Source: an uncultured virus (IMG/VR IMGVR_UViG_3300044715_000653) (lineage: Duplodnaviria; Heunggongvirae; Uroviricota; Caudoviricetes). From it: 64,000 nt of DNA. The DNA lies in the IMG/VR virus record IMGVR_UViG_3300044715_000653; one strand, 5' to 3'. The notes below the pieces were generated by a model, which did not search any database, was not told the origin of the DNA, and worked only from the letters and a program-made list of their open reading frames with translations. Both the position numbers and the translations under genes were made by a program. This document shows positions 27,477 to 36,820 of the stretch, one piece after another (position 1 is the first letter of the stretch; each line of letters begins with the position of its first letter).

Positions 27477-28436
27477 TTAATAGCCTTTGGTTGCTGTGTT
27501 GTATGCCCAGTCTAGGTCTTGACCGTTGTATACTGTAGCACCTGCTGAACTATTAGCAAAGATTTGGAATTGTTCTGCACCACCATGTTCAACAAACGCC
27601 ATGCGCACTGGGTAGTATTTGCCTGCTACTACTGTAATACCATTAGTGCCTGTTCTTGTGCCGCCTGTTTGTGCTAATAGATAGTTAGAGTTAGTTGGTG
27701 CTAAAGCATTTGCTCCAATCCATACCATAATATCATCATCTACATCTACAAAGAAACGCATGTTACCAGTAACCGGTGCTTTAAGATATCCTTTCCACTC
27801 TAAACTGTAGCCATTTTCTGCGCCCAAGTCGCTACGATAGCCAAAGCTAACATAGGTATCAACTTCATATACGGCTTCTGATATAGGTCCGCGTGTCGGA
27901 TCAGCAAACCATGTTGAATCGTAGCTGGACCAATTACCGTAAGTTGATACAACTTTACCAACATATTTGCGACGATATAAGCCATCTGCTTCATTTGAAA
28001 TGCTAGTAAGCGCATCCGCTGATAGATCGTTAAAGGTAATGCCACTTGCTGAATATGCCGGAACACCACGTGCGGCTGCAGTTTTATATTGTGCGCCCGG
28101 TACTGTAGGATTGCTACCACCAGAACCGTTATATGGTTCATTGCGGTCCATGCCAGCTGGCAATGTCCATGCAATATCAGTCCACGGACGTCCTGTTACT
28201 AATACATTACCATCTTGGATGTTATCAACAATTACATTGCCTGAATATTTTGTAGGTAATAGATTAATATCTAATACATTAAGTGTACGTGCAAATGGTT
28301 GACTTGAATTCGCAGACCCGCTAATGGTTCCATCAATGGCTACTAGTTTGCCTTGGCGTTTGGCTTCGGCAATGTCTAGCTTGCCTTCTTGTTTAAGCTG
28401 TTTACTTGCTAATGTTGATATTCCGTTTGCTGACAT
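27477..28436 (-). CDS. probable virion protein with C-terminal PA14 domain
   Basis: WKGYLKAP..GNMRFFVDVDDDIMVWIG, YYPVRMAFVEHGG. Confidence 0.7.
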   Translation of the reverse strand: MSANGISTLASKQLKQEGKLDIAEAKRQGKLVAIDGTISGSANSSQPFARTLNVLDINLLPTKYSGNVIVDNIQDGNVLVTGRPWTDIAWTLPAGMDRNEPYNGSGGSNPTVPGAQYKTAAARGVPAYSASGITFNDLSADALTSISNEADGLYRRKYVGKVVSTYGNWSSYDSTWFADPTRGPISEAVYEVDTYVSFGYRSDLGAENGYSLEWKGYLKAPVTGNMRFFVDVDDDIMVWIGANALAPTNSNYLLAQTGGTRTGTNGITVVAGKYYPVRMAFVEHGGAEQFQIFANSSAGATVYNGQDLDWAYNTATKGY

Positions 28437-28466
28437 AACTATTCTCTTTAGTGTATTTAGTTAATC

Positions 28467-28745
28467 TTATGCTGTACAGCTAGCTTTTACTCCGCCAGCT
28501 TGCTCAGTTATAGTTACTGCTCCAGGTGTGCTGACTGCCTGCACAGCAATACGACTACACTTAACGGGAAAACGCAGTTGTCTACTCTCGCCGGCACGTA
28601 GCAGTGCGCACTTGTTAGGATCAACTACAGGATTTTCACCTACTACAAAATAAATTGATACCGATGAATACAGTATAATAACTCCCTTCTTAAGTACAGG
28701 GCTCTGTTGACTTGTGTTAGTAGCAGTTAGTGAGTATGATGCCAT
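28467..28745 (-). CDS. hypothetical late protein
   Basis: 92-aa ORF, AGGA RBS, TATAAATA at 28764-28771. Confidence 0.65.
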   Translation of the reverse strand: MASYSLTATNTSQQSPVLKKGVIILYSSVSIYFVVGENPVVDPNKCALLRAGESRQLRFPVKCSRIAVQAVSTPGAVTITEQAGGVKASCTA

Positions 28746-28780
28746 TATTGATTCCTAATATAATATTTATAGCCAAAATA

Positions 28781-28800
28781 AAAGGCTCCGAAGAGCCTTT
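28781..28800. terminator. intrinsic terminator
   Basis: AAAGGCTC-CGAA-GAGCCTTT. Confidence 0.8.
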
Positions 28801-28818
28801 GGTTAGATAATACTAGGT

Positions 28819-29028
28819 TTAAATATTGCGCACAGTGTATTCTGAAATCTTACGCTCAATCATGCTGGGAATATTCAGCGCAGGCCATTCGAGTTCAAAT
28901 GGACAAGGAGCATCACCCCATGAACCAGTTGTGATAAACTGTTTGTAAACTGCTAAGTCTGCTTTCTTAGTTGGGTCAAACTTGCGTTTTACAAAAGCAT
29001 TTTGCATCGAATAAAGTGTATTAACCAT
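28819..29028 (-). CDS. hypothetical early protein
   Basis: Start moved to ATG 29028 because a TTGACT-17-TATACT promoter lies at 29059-29087. Confidence 0.6.
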   Translation of the reverse strand: MVNTLYSMQNAFVKRKFDPTKKADLAVYKQFITTGSWGDAPCPFELEWPALNIPSMIERKISEYTVRNI

Positions 29029-29083
29029 TGCTTGTTCCATTGTGTTAGTGTTTAACATAGTATACAGTCCTTTTTGTTGTAAG

Positions 29084-29257
29084 TCAATATGTTTCTTTGG
29101 TAATGTAAAATTCAGTAGTAGGATACTTTTCTTTAAATTCGTCAGTAGCAACGTATTGATTTAACCCAGTCATATTAAAGAATTGTTTATGGAATGCTGT
29201 CTTGTGTGTTTCTTTAACTGATACTGTTAGGTATACCGAAGTTGCTTTGCCTGCCAT
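29084..29257 (-). CDS. 57-aa hypothetical protein (not in ORF track)
   Basis: AAGGAG RBS; MAGKATSVYLTVSVKETHKTAFHKQFFNM... Confidence 0.7.
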   Translation of the reverse strand: MAGKATSVYLTVSVKETHKTAFHKQFFNMTGLNQYVATDEFKEKYPTTEFYITKETY

Positions 29258-29258
29258 T

Positions 29259-29459
29259 TTATTGCTCCTTGTTATCGCGTTCGCGTAAAATTACTAAAAT
29301 AGCCTGTGACATCATTTCTAATTCAACATCATTAAACTCAAACTCTTCCAACCAATTGATGCAGTTGGTAATAGCAGTGTCCTCACCTTGAATTGCAATA
29401 TCAGCATCAAAGATTGCTTGACTGATATTATTAGTAATAATCATATCGTCAATGTTCAT
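29259..29459 (-). CDS. hypothetical protein
   Basis: 66-aa ORF coupled to the upstream gene. Confidence 0.6.
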   Translation of the reverse strand: MNIDDMIITNNISQAIFDADIAIQGEDTAITNCINWLEEFEFNDVELEMMSQAILVILRERDNKEQ

Positions 29460-29731
29460 TATACTGCCTCCAACATACTAGCTGGTACGCGATACGCACC
29501 TAGTGGAGTATCTACAACAATATTTTTAATAGCAAGTTTACGCACCGTGCCTGTAATTGTTTGGCCACTACGTGAACTAGCGAAACGAACTTTGTCACCA
29601 ACAGACAAGCTACGTTTAGTTGCTTTGCCCAAGTTCAAACGAGCATACTTAACAGCATCAACGATACTGGCTAATTCTTCGTTGGTAAAAGTACCTTGGA
29701 TTAAAGCAGTAGTAATTTGTTTAGCGTTCAT
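29459..29731 (-). CDS. hypothetical early protein, possible SH3-like C-terminal fold
   Basis: LSVGDKVRF...ITGTVRK...YRVPASMLE; GGAG RBS. Confidence 0.7.
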   Translation of the reverse strand: MNAKQITTALIQGTFTNEELASIVDAVKYARLNLGKATKRSLSVGDKVRFASSRSGQTITGTVRKLAIKNIVVDTPLGAYRVPASMLEAV

Positions 29732-29764
29732 TTATTGCTCCTGTGTTGTTAGTGTATGTATAGC

Positions 29765-29793
29765 ATTATACAGTCATTTTACCAAAATGTCAA
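29765..29793 (-). promoter_or_regulatory. early sigma70-type promoter (repeat family copy 3)
   Basis: Perfect consensus TTGACA-17-TATAAT. Confidence 0.85.
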
Positions 29794-30185
29794 CCAAAAA
29801 GTGCCAATTCCTGCAATACTTCATCAAATTCTTTAGCATAGCTGTATGGTAGACCTAACTTGTAGCAGATATAATCGCCACCATACATTTTATCTGAATC
29901 CGTAAGAGCCAAACCTTCAACAATCCATCTAATAGATTGTTTGCGTGAGTTACTAATTGACTCCAATGAAACAACGTGTTTTTCAAAGCTATCAATTGCC
30001 TGTTGTTCACGGGTTTGTTCTTCCTTGACTGCAACATCAAGTTCACCCAATAAATGTTCCCAAATCGACTGTTTGCCAGCCGCATCAATGTTGGTCCATT
30101 CTTCCCAAAAGTATTCATCTGGGCGTGAACCACGTGCATCTTTGTGCAGGTCGCTAACTAAGTTTTCATCAAATGTATATGTCAT
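29790..30185 (-). CDS. hypothetical early protein
   Basis: GGAG RBS supports ATG 30185 (MTYTFDENLVSDLHKDARGSRP). Confidence 0.7.
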   Translation of the reverse strand: MTYTFDENLVSDLHKDARGSRPDEYFWEEWTNIDAAGKQSIWEHLLGELDVAVKEEQTREQQAIDSFEKHVVSLESISNSRKQSIRWIVEGLALTDSDKMYGGDYICYKLGLPYSYAKEFDEVLQELALFG

Positions 30186-30217
30186 TGTGTGCTCCATTGC
30201 TTTAGTGTATAAGTGCT

Positions 30218-30288
30218 ATTATACAGCCATTAGATCAAAAAGTCAACCAAAATATTCCATTGACTTTTTCATTAACTGAGTATATAAT
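30218..30288. promoter_or_regulatory. divergent sigma70 promoters (repeat family copy 4 on minus; a second on plus)
   Basis: Minus TTGACT-17-TATAAT at 30218-30246; plus TTGACT-17-TATAAT at 30260-30288. Confidence 0.8.
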
Positions 30289-30294
30289 AACAGT

Positions 30295-30522
30295 ATGAAA
30301 ATCCTATTAGAACAAGATGGTGGGCATTTAGTAATGAGTGTTGAACATACTGATACCGTTGAAAATGCGCTGAATTGGAGTGCTACTATTGATGATATGG
30401 TTCATGAACTTGATAATCGTCGTGGTGTGCGCCGTATGAGCTACGATACTTGGCATTGGGATCTGCGTCGGCGACAAGAAGCAGAAGAATACATAACTTA
30501 CTTTTATCTAAAGCACGAATAA
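30295..30522 (+). CDS. small protein, divergent FxL[RK]W-family member
   Basis: Ends YFYLKHE; ATG 6 nt after the -10 box. Confidence 0.6.
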   Translation: MKILLEQDGGHLVMSVEHTDTVENALNWSATIDDMVHELDNRRGVRRMSYDTWHWDLRRRQEAEEYITYFYLKHE

Positions 30523-30725
30523 TGTACACACGTATACAATTATCTAGACAGCGATATGCAGTTGACAGTGACCTAACTCAACTTGCAGAATATAAATGGT
30601 GTGTTGACACATTTAAATTACCCAGTGATCTGCGTGAGTGGTACGCTAACAGTAGGTGGAGTACAATTGAATTTAATTTTAGAGATCCTGCGCAGGCTAC
30701 AATGTTTGCTTTGAGGTGGGCATGA
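30522..30725 (+). CDS. small FxL[RK]W-family protein
   Basis: Start ATG 30522; ends FNFRDPAQATMFALRWA. Confidence 0.7.
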   Translation: MYTRIQLSRQRYAVDSDLTQLAEYKWCVDTFKLPSDLREWYANSRWSTIEFNFRDPAQATMFALRWA

Positions 30726-31840
30726 TAACAGATTTACATAATACGTGGGGAGTAGCGCAGTACGCAACTCAACCGCAGTTTACCTGCTATGAATCAGTGC
30801 AGGATCAGTTAGACACCTACACAAAAGAACAGTATCTTAAAGATCCAGAAGCAACGGTACAACAGGTATTTGATATCTATCGTAGTATTAATATTACGCC
30901 AATTGTCTACTACACAGAAGAAGGATTACTCGCTGCTATTAAAGACCTATCCAATACTGTGACCAATAGTGTTAAGAATAATGTTATTAACTTAGGCAAC
31001 AATCAAGGACAGGGTATTAATAGATTTTTGTTTCCTAACATGATGACTGCTGAACCCAAAGGTCGTGGCAGTAATAGTCTTAAAGATCGCTTCTTAAATG
31101 ATGCAAAATTACGTCGTGCTATCAACTTATGTTTTGAATACAGAGAAGGTAATAATCTAGTTAGTCCAACAGCACTACGTCGTGCATTAGAGTTAGTCAC
31201 AGGCGAGAATGTACAAAACTTTAAGAGTCTTAATGCACGTGCTATAGTTGAACACTTATGCCCTGTGCTTTGGGGCAGTGTCTACGATTACAGCGCAGGC
31301 TATGGTGGGCGCATGCTGGGTATAACCACTAGTAACATGCGTTATAACTACCAATGTATTGACCCTAACACAGAAACAGTTCGACATTTAACATACTTGA
31401 GTGAGCTGATAGAACAAGCAGTTGGTAACAGAGGTTTAATCACACAGGCAGTATCAGAAGAATACGAACCCACAGATATTGACTTGGCATTTAGTAGTCC
31501 ACCGTACTTTAACTTAGAGAAATATAGTGATGAACCAACACAGTGCATGGTGCGCTACACTACCTTAGATGAGTGGTTCGAGGGCTATGTTGTGCCCACT
31601 ATGCGTAACATCTACAAAGGCCTAAACCCAGACGGTGTGTTTGCTACCAACATTGCAGACTACAAGTCATATGGTAATAAAGAATATTTTGTATGCGAAC
31701 GTTGGATAGCTACTGCTGAGAAGTTAGGCTTTAAACATTCGGGTACGATTAAGATGATGCTTAATACTCGTCCGGGTGTAGGCAACGATAAGACTGCTGG
31801 GCGTGAAAAGTTTGAGGGCGTCTACGTTTTTACACGATGA
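30722..31840 (+). CDS. amino-DNA methyltransferase (N4-C or N6-A)
   Basis: DYSAGYGGR SAM motif, FSSPPYF catalytic motif. Confidence 0.8.
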   Translation: MITDLHNTWGVAQYATQPQFTCYESVQDQLDTYTKEQYLKDPEATVQQVFDIYRSINITPIVYYTEEGLLAAIKDLSNTVTNSVKNNVINLGNNQGQGINRFLFPNMMTAEPKGRGSNSLKDRFLNDAKLRRAINLCFEYREGNNLVSPTALRRALELVTGENVQNFKSLNARAIVEHLCPVLWGSVYDYSAGYGGRMLGITTSNMRYNYQCIDPNTETVRHLTYLSELIEQAVGNRGLITQAVSEEYEPTDIDLAFSSPPYFNLEKYSDEPTQCMVRYTTLDEWFEGYVVPTMRNIYKGLNPDGVFATNIADYKSYGNKEYFVCERWIATAEKLGFKHSGTIKMMLNTRPGVGNDKTAGREKFEGVYVFTR

Positions 31841-32040
31841 AGATTATTAGCATTCGACATTTAAGTTATGGCGACATACAGGACCGTGTAGATTGGTTAG
31901 ATAAAAACGTAGGACCACGTAAGTATGTTCTACACAATCAGACCGGCGGTGTAGGATGGTGGTATCGAAATAATGAAAGAACTATAGAAATAGAAGATGA
32001 ACAGTGGGAACTTATGTACATGCTAAAGTGGGGCGGATAG
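31837..32040 (+). CDS. small FxL[RK]W-family protein
   Basis: WLDKNVG...IEIEDEQWELMYMLKWGG. Confidence 0.7.
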   Translation: MKIISIRHLSYGDIQDRVDWLDKNVGPRKYVLHNQTGGVGWWYRNNERTIEIEDEQWELMYMLKWGG

Positions 32041-32276
32041 TGAGTATATTAGATGGAGCAAATGGTCGCAAGTTTATAGCCTCAGGTCCATTTGATGATG
32101 AAATGCCATGGCACTATCTTGTCATTGCTGATATTAGTTATTGGCTAAAGCATGAACCAGAAATCTACACATGGATGGATGAAAACTTACCTAGAGGTAG
32201 GTTACACCAACAGGGTATGACTTTAGAATTTGAAACTGACGAACAATTAACTTTATTTGTGTTGAGGTGGGCATGA
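32040..32276 (+). CDS. small FxL[RK]W-family protein
   Basis: GTG start at 32040; WMDENL...LEFETDEQLTLFVLRWA. Confidence 0.7.
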   Translation: MSILDGANGRKFIASGPFDDEMPWHYLVIADISYWLKHEPEIYTWMDENLPRGRLHQQGMTLEFETDEQLTLFVLRWA

Positions 32277-32310
32277 CCTTAGTAAATAATGTATACATGG
32301 AACTAACCCA

Positions 32311-33471
32311 ATGGAATTAAATCAATGGTCTCCCGGCGAGCCAAGTAAAATTGTAACCAGCACAGATCGTTATTGGATCAACTATGCTAATGGTGAACGC
32401 CATTTAGATATACATTCCGGTAATTCAGCATTTGTTCTTGGCTACAATGATACTGACATACTTGATAGTATGCGCAATACACCAGTGCAGTTTTTACGTG
32501 GTAACAGTGGCGAAAGTTCTGCAGATAACAACGAATTGGTCGACCTAATATGCAAACAGGGTAATTGGTCTGCGGTTGCATGGGCTGTTAGTGGGTCCGA
32601 TGCAGTGGAAGCGGCTATTGCCATGAATGATACCTACTGGCATAATTTAGGACAAGACAAACCTAAGATTTTATGTTTTTCGCCGGGCTATCACGGAACA
32701 ACAATGTTAGGCAAGCATCTTAGAGGCGAATATCAATACATACGACGTGCTGTTTGTATAACTGCAACAAATTGGAAATTACTTAGTGAGCAAGAAGAAA
32801 ATGAACAAACAATACTTGCTGAAGTTAGACATAAATTAGAATCATACAAAGGTATAGGGTGTATCTTAATGGAAACTATTCCTTGGATGAACACACTAAC
32901 ACCATATAGTATCAATTGGTGGCAAACTATACGTAGTTTGTGTGACGAATTTGGTATTCTAATGATTGTTGACGATGTTGCTGTATGTTGGGGCAAAAAT
33001 GGCACATTGTTTGGCTGGGAACCTTATAAAATACAACCAGACATATCAGCTATAAGCAAAGCGTTAACTGGAGGATATTCTCCCTTAGGTGCCGCTGTGT
33101 GTAACCAAAAAGTTAATGATATATTAACCCTGCATAGTTGGGGACACGGCCACACGTGGGCGCCAAACATGCAAGGAGTAAGTGCCGCACTCACTGCAAC
33201 TAAAAAAATTCAATCATTATTGCATCGTGTGCCTATTATACATAATGAACTGTGCAATATAGCAGATGAATTTAATTTAAATTGGCGTGGCGAAAATTTA
33301 ATTATGTGCTATGACACCGACTTCGATGTTTCCATTGCAGACTTATCTTCTATTGGTAAATTAGCAGGTACAAATATAGGCATTAATTCAATTAAACTAA
33401 TACCACCACTTATCGCAGATGATGAATATTTTACAGCACTGCGAGTGGGGTTGACAAAGGTATTGCGATAA
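32311..33471 (+). CDS. class III PLP-dependent aminotransferase
   Basis: SGSDAVE, YHGTT, IVDDV, PDI..ISKALTGGYSPLGA, HGHT. Confidence 0.88.
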   Translation: MELNQWSPGEPSKIVTSTDRYWINYANGERHLDIHSGNSAFVLGYNDTDILDSMRNTPVQFLRGNSGESSADNNELVDLICKQGNWSAVAWAVSGSDAVEAAIAMNDTYWHNLGQDKPKILCFSPGYHGTTMLGKHLRGEYQYIRRAVCITATNWKLLSEQEENEQTILAEVRHKLESYKGIGCILMETIPWMNTLTPYSINWWQTIRSLCDEFGILMIVDDVAVCWGKNGTLFGWEPYKIQPDISAISKALTGGYSPLGAAVCNQKVNDILTLHSWGHGHTWAPNMQGVSAALTATKKIQSLLHRVPIIHNELCNIADEFNLNWRGENLIMCYDTDFDVSIADLSSIGKLAGTNIGINSIKLIPPLIADDEYFTALRVGLTKVLR

Positions 33472-33722
33472 TGGCAAAAACAATAGCAATGAATGACCGG
33501 CAGTGGGCAAAACTAAAATCTAAAATTGTAGAAGACTACGGACAGGCCACAGTGCTAATCAGTTGGCGACTAAGAGATACTTTAGGATTTACTGTACGTG
33601 AGCATAGAGATTACGCCAACGAAAGCGGGTGGGATAATAGTATACGTTTAGACTTTTGGGACGATTATTTAAATACGATGTTTCTACTGAAATACAGTGA
33701 TTACCTAGCCGCCGAATTTTAG
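33471..33722 (+). CDS. small FxL[RK]W-family protein
   Basis: IRLDFWDDYLNTMFLLKYS. Confidence 0.65.
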   Translation: MAKTIAMNDRQWAKLKSKIVEDYGQATVLISWRLRDTLGFTVREHRDYANESGWDNSIRLDFWDDYLNTMFLLKYSDYLAAEF

Positions 33723-35132
33723 TGGAGCTATACCCTGCGCCATCATTAGGGCTTTATTTTTACCTTCTGCTAAACTTGCTTTGATAGCATCACCACTAGC
33801 ACTTGCAGTGTTGGCCATATTTTTAAGCGCATCAGTAATGCCAGAGCCAGATGTATCAGCACCTATTTTATGTAGATTTGTTGCAAAACTCATTGCACTA
33901 CCCAAACTTGGCATGGGTGGAACAGCTAAATCAATTCCAGCCGATTCTATAAGATTCTGTGATTTAACCAGTGAATCTTCAAGTGCTGTAATCTGCTCAT
34001 CAGTAATAGCACCAGCAGCATTAATTGCAGCTAATTCAGGCCCGCCACTGACAGCATGAGTAAAATCGGTTATGTTAGGTAATCCGTTGGCTCCATTTAG
34101 AGATGAAAGTCCAGATGCTTTTCCTGTCATGTCTGCTATGTTCGATGACATACCACTCATTAATCCACTTAGTGATGGAGCTGCCGATTCTAGATTAGGA
34201 ATAGATGGTATTTCAATTCCTTTTAACATACTTGCTGCGGCCGCTGGACTTGTGAATTTTGCGCCCATGTCGCTAAACTTGCTGGCCATAGCTGACATGT
34301 CGGGTAAATTTGCACCAGTTAATCCAGAACCAGAAGGTGCCAGTTTACTTAAATCTGTCAGGTCCTTAAGGTTAGCAATCTTCCCGCCGGGACTAATACC
34401 TAATTGTTCAGTAACAGTGGATATCACTTTAGGATCAGTAATAGAACCCATAATTTTATCAACCTGCGCTGTGTGTTCAGGCATACTTAAATCTAATCCG
34501 GCGCCCGCAATGGCTCCGTTAATTCCACTGGCGTTGCCTAATTTTACTGTGTTTAATTTATCAATAAGTCCAGCTGATGTGCCAAACTTGGACATATCCT
34601 TTAAATCAAACGCAGGGCCAGCAGCTTCAAATGCCTTAGCGGCATTACCTAAATCACCAAGTGCGCCATCTAATCCTTGTGTAGCCATAGAACTCATGTT
34701 AGTGATGCCCGTGCCGTAATCACTAAATGACGTATTTGATATAAAATCAGTTGCTTTCTTTAATTCTATCGAATCAGCAATATGTCCCTGTGATTGATTT
34801 AAAATTTGTCCAAATGCAGCATGATTGCCCGGAGGCAATAGTTGTGATTGTAGAGCAGTTAAATTTCCTTTTGCTGATGTGATTCTTGCGGCCAATGCTA
34901 GACTAGGTGCTGTGTTGGCAGCTATTAAATCAGTAATTTGACTGTCCATGTTAGCCATAGCACCAGTCACGGTCGGTGCAAGTGTTAATGCCGTGCCTTT
35001 AGCAATACCAACCATAGCAGTAATGGTACTAGGAGTAAGTGCACCGGCAGCAGTAGCTAGAGAAACTTTCATATTCTCTGCTATAACACTGCCTGCTTTT
35101 GCAGTTACTAAACTAATATCATGTTCTGCCAT
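33705..35132 (-). CDS. Ala/Gly/Ser-rich probable virion protein
   Basis: 475-aa ORF; composition only. Confidence 0.55.
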   Translation of the reverse strand: MAEHDISLVTAKAGSVIAENMKVSLATAAGALTPSTITAMVGIAKGTALTLAPTVTGAMANMDSQITDLIAANTAPSLALAARITSAKGNLTALQSQLLPPGNHAAFGQILNQSQGHIADSIELKKATDFISNTSFSDYGTGITNMSSMATQGLDGALGDLGNAAKAFEAAGPAFDLKDMSKFGTSAGLIDKLNTVKLGNASGINGAIAGAGLDLSMPEHTAQVDKIMGSITDPKVISTVTEQLGISPGGKIANLKDLTDLSKLAPSGSGLTGANLPDMSAMASKFSDMGAKFTSPAAAASMLKGIEIPSIPNLESAAPSLSGLMSGMSSNIADMTGKASGLSSLNGANGLPNITDFTHAVSGGPELAAINAAGAITDEQITALEDSLVKSQNLIESAGIDLAVPPMPSLGSAMSFATNLHKIGADTSGSGITDALKNMANTASASGDAIKASLAEGKNKALMMAQGIAPLKFGG

Positions 35133-35140
35133 GCTCGATC

Positions 35141-35452
35141 CTAAGTTATAATACCGCCAGCGCCTGCTGGTTCAATACCCGTTGTTGTTTGTATATAGTG
35201 GTTTACTAATGCACCGCTGGTCTGTGCATGCAACATTACATGACGTTTATCGATGTGTATACTCTTATTTAACTCAGATGTAAATAGGCTCTGCATCAGG
35301 CCAATGCCCTGTGGACTTGGTACTACAATCATTGGTTTAGATACGATGAATTCATCAGCAGTTTCTTCTAATACTTTGGCAATAACTTCATCACCATTTA
35401 CTAGTTTAAATGATACTAATGTATCTTTGTCATACTTATTAGTTACTAGCAC
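35141..35452 (-). CDS. conserved phage protein, possible Sm-like fold
   Basis: VSFKLVNGDEVIAKV...SKP pattern. Confidence 0.6.
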   Translation of the reverse strand: MLVTNKYDKDTLVSFKLVNGDEVIAKVLEETADEFIVSKPMIVVPSPQGIGLMQSLFTSELNKSIHIDKRHVMLHAQTSGALVNHYIQTTTGIEPAGAGGIIT

Positions 35453-35702
35453 TTGTTTCCCCTAACATTTCATTTAATTGTTCGTTGGTTAATTTTTGTA
35501 GTCCTTGGTAGCCACCTGATACAAACAGTTTACCGTCTTGATAAATCTGTGGTACTGTACGATGCCCTTCACTCATGATAAACTCGCGTGCGTCTAAATC
35601 TTCATCAATTTTAATTACTTCAAACGCAATCTTTTTCATTGTTAATAAATTCTTTGCCTGCTCGCAAAAAGGGCAAGAATCTTTTGAATACACAGTTAAC
35701 AT
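35439..35702 (-). CDS. glutaredoxin
   Basis: CPFC, TVPQI, GGY. Confidence 0.93.
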   Translation of the reverse strand: MLTVYSKDSCPFCEQAKNLLTMKKIAFEVIKIDEDLDAREFIMSEGHRTVPQIYQDGKLFVSGGYQGLQKLTNEQLNEMLGETSASN

Positions 35703-35719
35703 ATTGGCTCCTTTTATTA

Positions 35720-36820
35720 TTATAGTGTTGGTAATTCATCATAGTTCATCTCATCACTCATTACGCCAATTACGTAGTTAGTTGACTCTGACTCTTGTAG
35801 TGCTGTTTGTTTCTTACTAGTGTCGCTGTGCTTGTTAAACCAAGGAATAGGTGTTGTTTTAGGCGCAGGTTGGTTGTAGCGTATGCCAATTTGTTTTAGT
35901 GCATCTACGGCTGTATAATCAACAAAATCCTTCAAAATGTTAGCGTTTAAGCCAATAACTGGACCCATTTTGAACAAATAATCAGCCCAAAACTTCTCTT
36001 CACGGATAACATCTAAGTACATAGCATACACTTCATCTTCACATTCTGCTTTGATAGCCGCGAAACGTGGATCTTCTTTTACTACCTGATTGATTAAGAA
36101 CGCAGTCCACTCTTTGTGTAGTAACTCGTCTTGTAGAATTAAACTGATAATGTTACCGTTACCAATAAAGATCTTATTCTCAACCATGGCTAAACTTGTA
36201 GCAAATGATACCATAAAGCGGAATGCTTCTAAACCGTAACTAGCATGTAGGGCCAACCAGATAGCTTTGATGTGTTCTTTTTCTGTAACTTTTTCACCCA
36301 TCTCTTTACGGCAGTTTATTTGATGTAAATCATCATAGTAATTGCCAATAGTACTGGCCATACCTACAATCTCTTGTGTGTCATGAATAGTATTAAATAC
36401 GTCTTTGGGTACATTGTAGATATTACGAATGATGTGACTGTATGATTTACTGTGAATATTAGTTTCAAAGAAACTCCAGTTACTGATCAGTGCTTCTAGT
36501 TCTGGTAAACTAACAACTGGACCAAACACTTGATTAGGAGCGCGGCCCTGCAGGCTATCTAGAGCTGTTTGACGTAACAAATTGCTGGTAAAGATATGTT
36601 TAACTGCATCACTAGCGTCTTTAAAATCGTTAGCATCTTTGCTTAGGCTAACTTCTTCTGGTTGCCAAAAGAACCCTCTAGCAGTAGCTTCAAAGTTAGC
36701 AATCTTATTATACTTAACTTCTTCAAACCGCTGGATAGTCACAGGTCCTGCTGGATCCAAAAACATCTTGCGATGTAGATAGTCTGTTTTAGTACTTAAA
36801 TCGTATTGTTCTTTTGACAT
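35720..36820 (-). CDS. nrdB: class Ia ribonucleotide reductase, beta subunit
   Basis: FFWQPEEV, LDSLQGR, ETNIHSKSY, EAFRF, QDELLH, QESESTNY. Confidence 0.95.
   Translation of the reverse strand: MSKEQYDLSTKTDYLHRKMFLDPAGPVTIQRFEEVKYNKIANFEATARGFFWQPEEVSLSKDANDFKDASDAVKHIFTSNLLRQTALDSLQGRAPNQVFGPVVSLPELEALISNWSFFETNIHSKSYSHIIRNIYNVPKDVFNTIHDTQEIVGMASTIGNYYDDLHQINCRKEMGEKVTEKEHIKAIWLALHASYGLEAFRFMVSFATSLAMVENKIFIGNGNIISLILQDELLHKEWTAFLINQVVKEDPRFAAIKAECEDEVYAMYLDVIREEKFWADYLFKMGPVIGLNANILKDFVDYTAVDALKQIGIRYNQPAPKTTPIPWFNKHSDTSKKQTALQESESTNYVIGVMSDEMNYDELPTL

Noticed and set aside
34072..34719. Long antisense ORFs in the track (also 54073..54630, 12848..13231, 8742..9155 and others)
   Set aside because: They are shadows of well-supported opposite-strand genes, with no RBS or recognisable motifs
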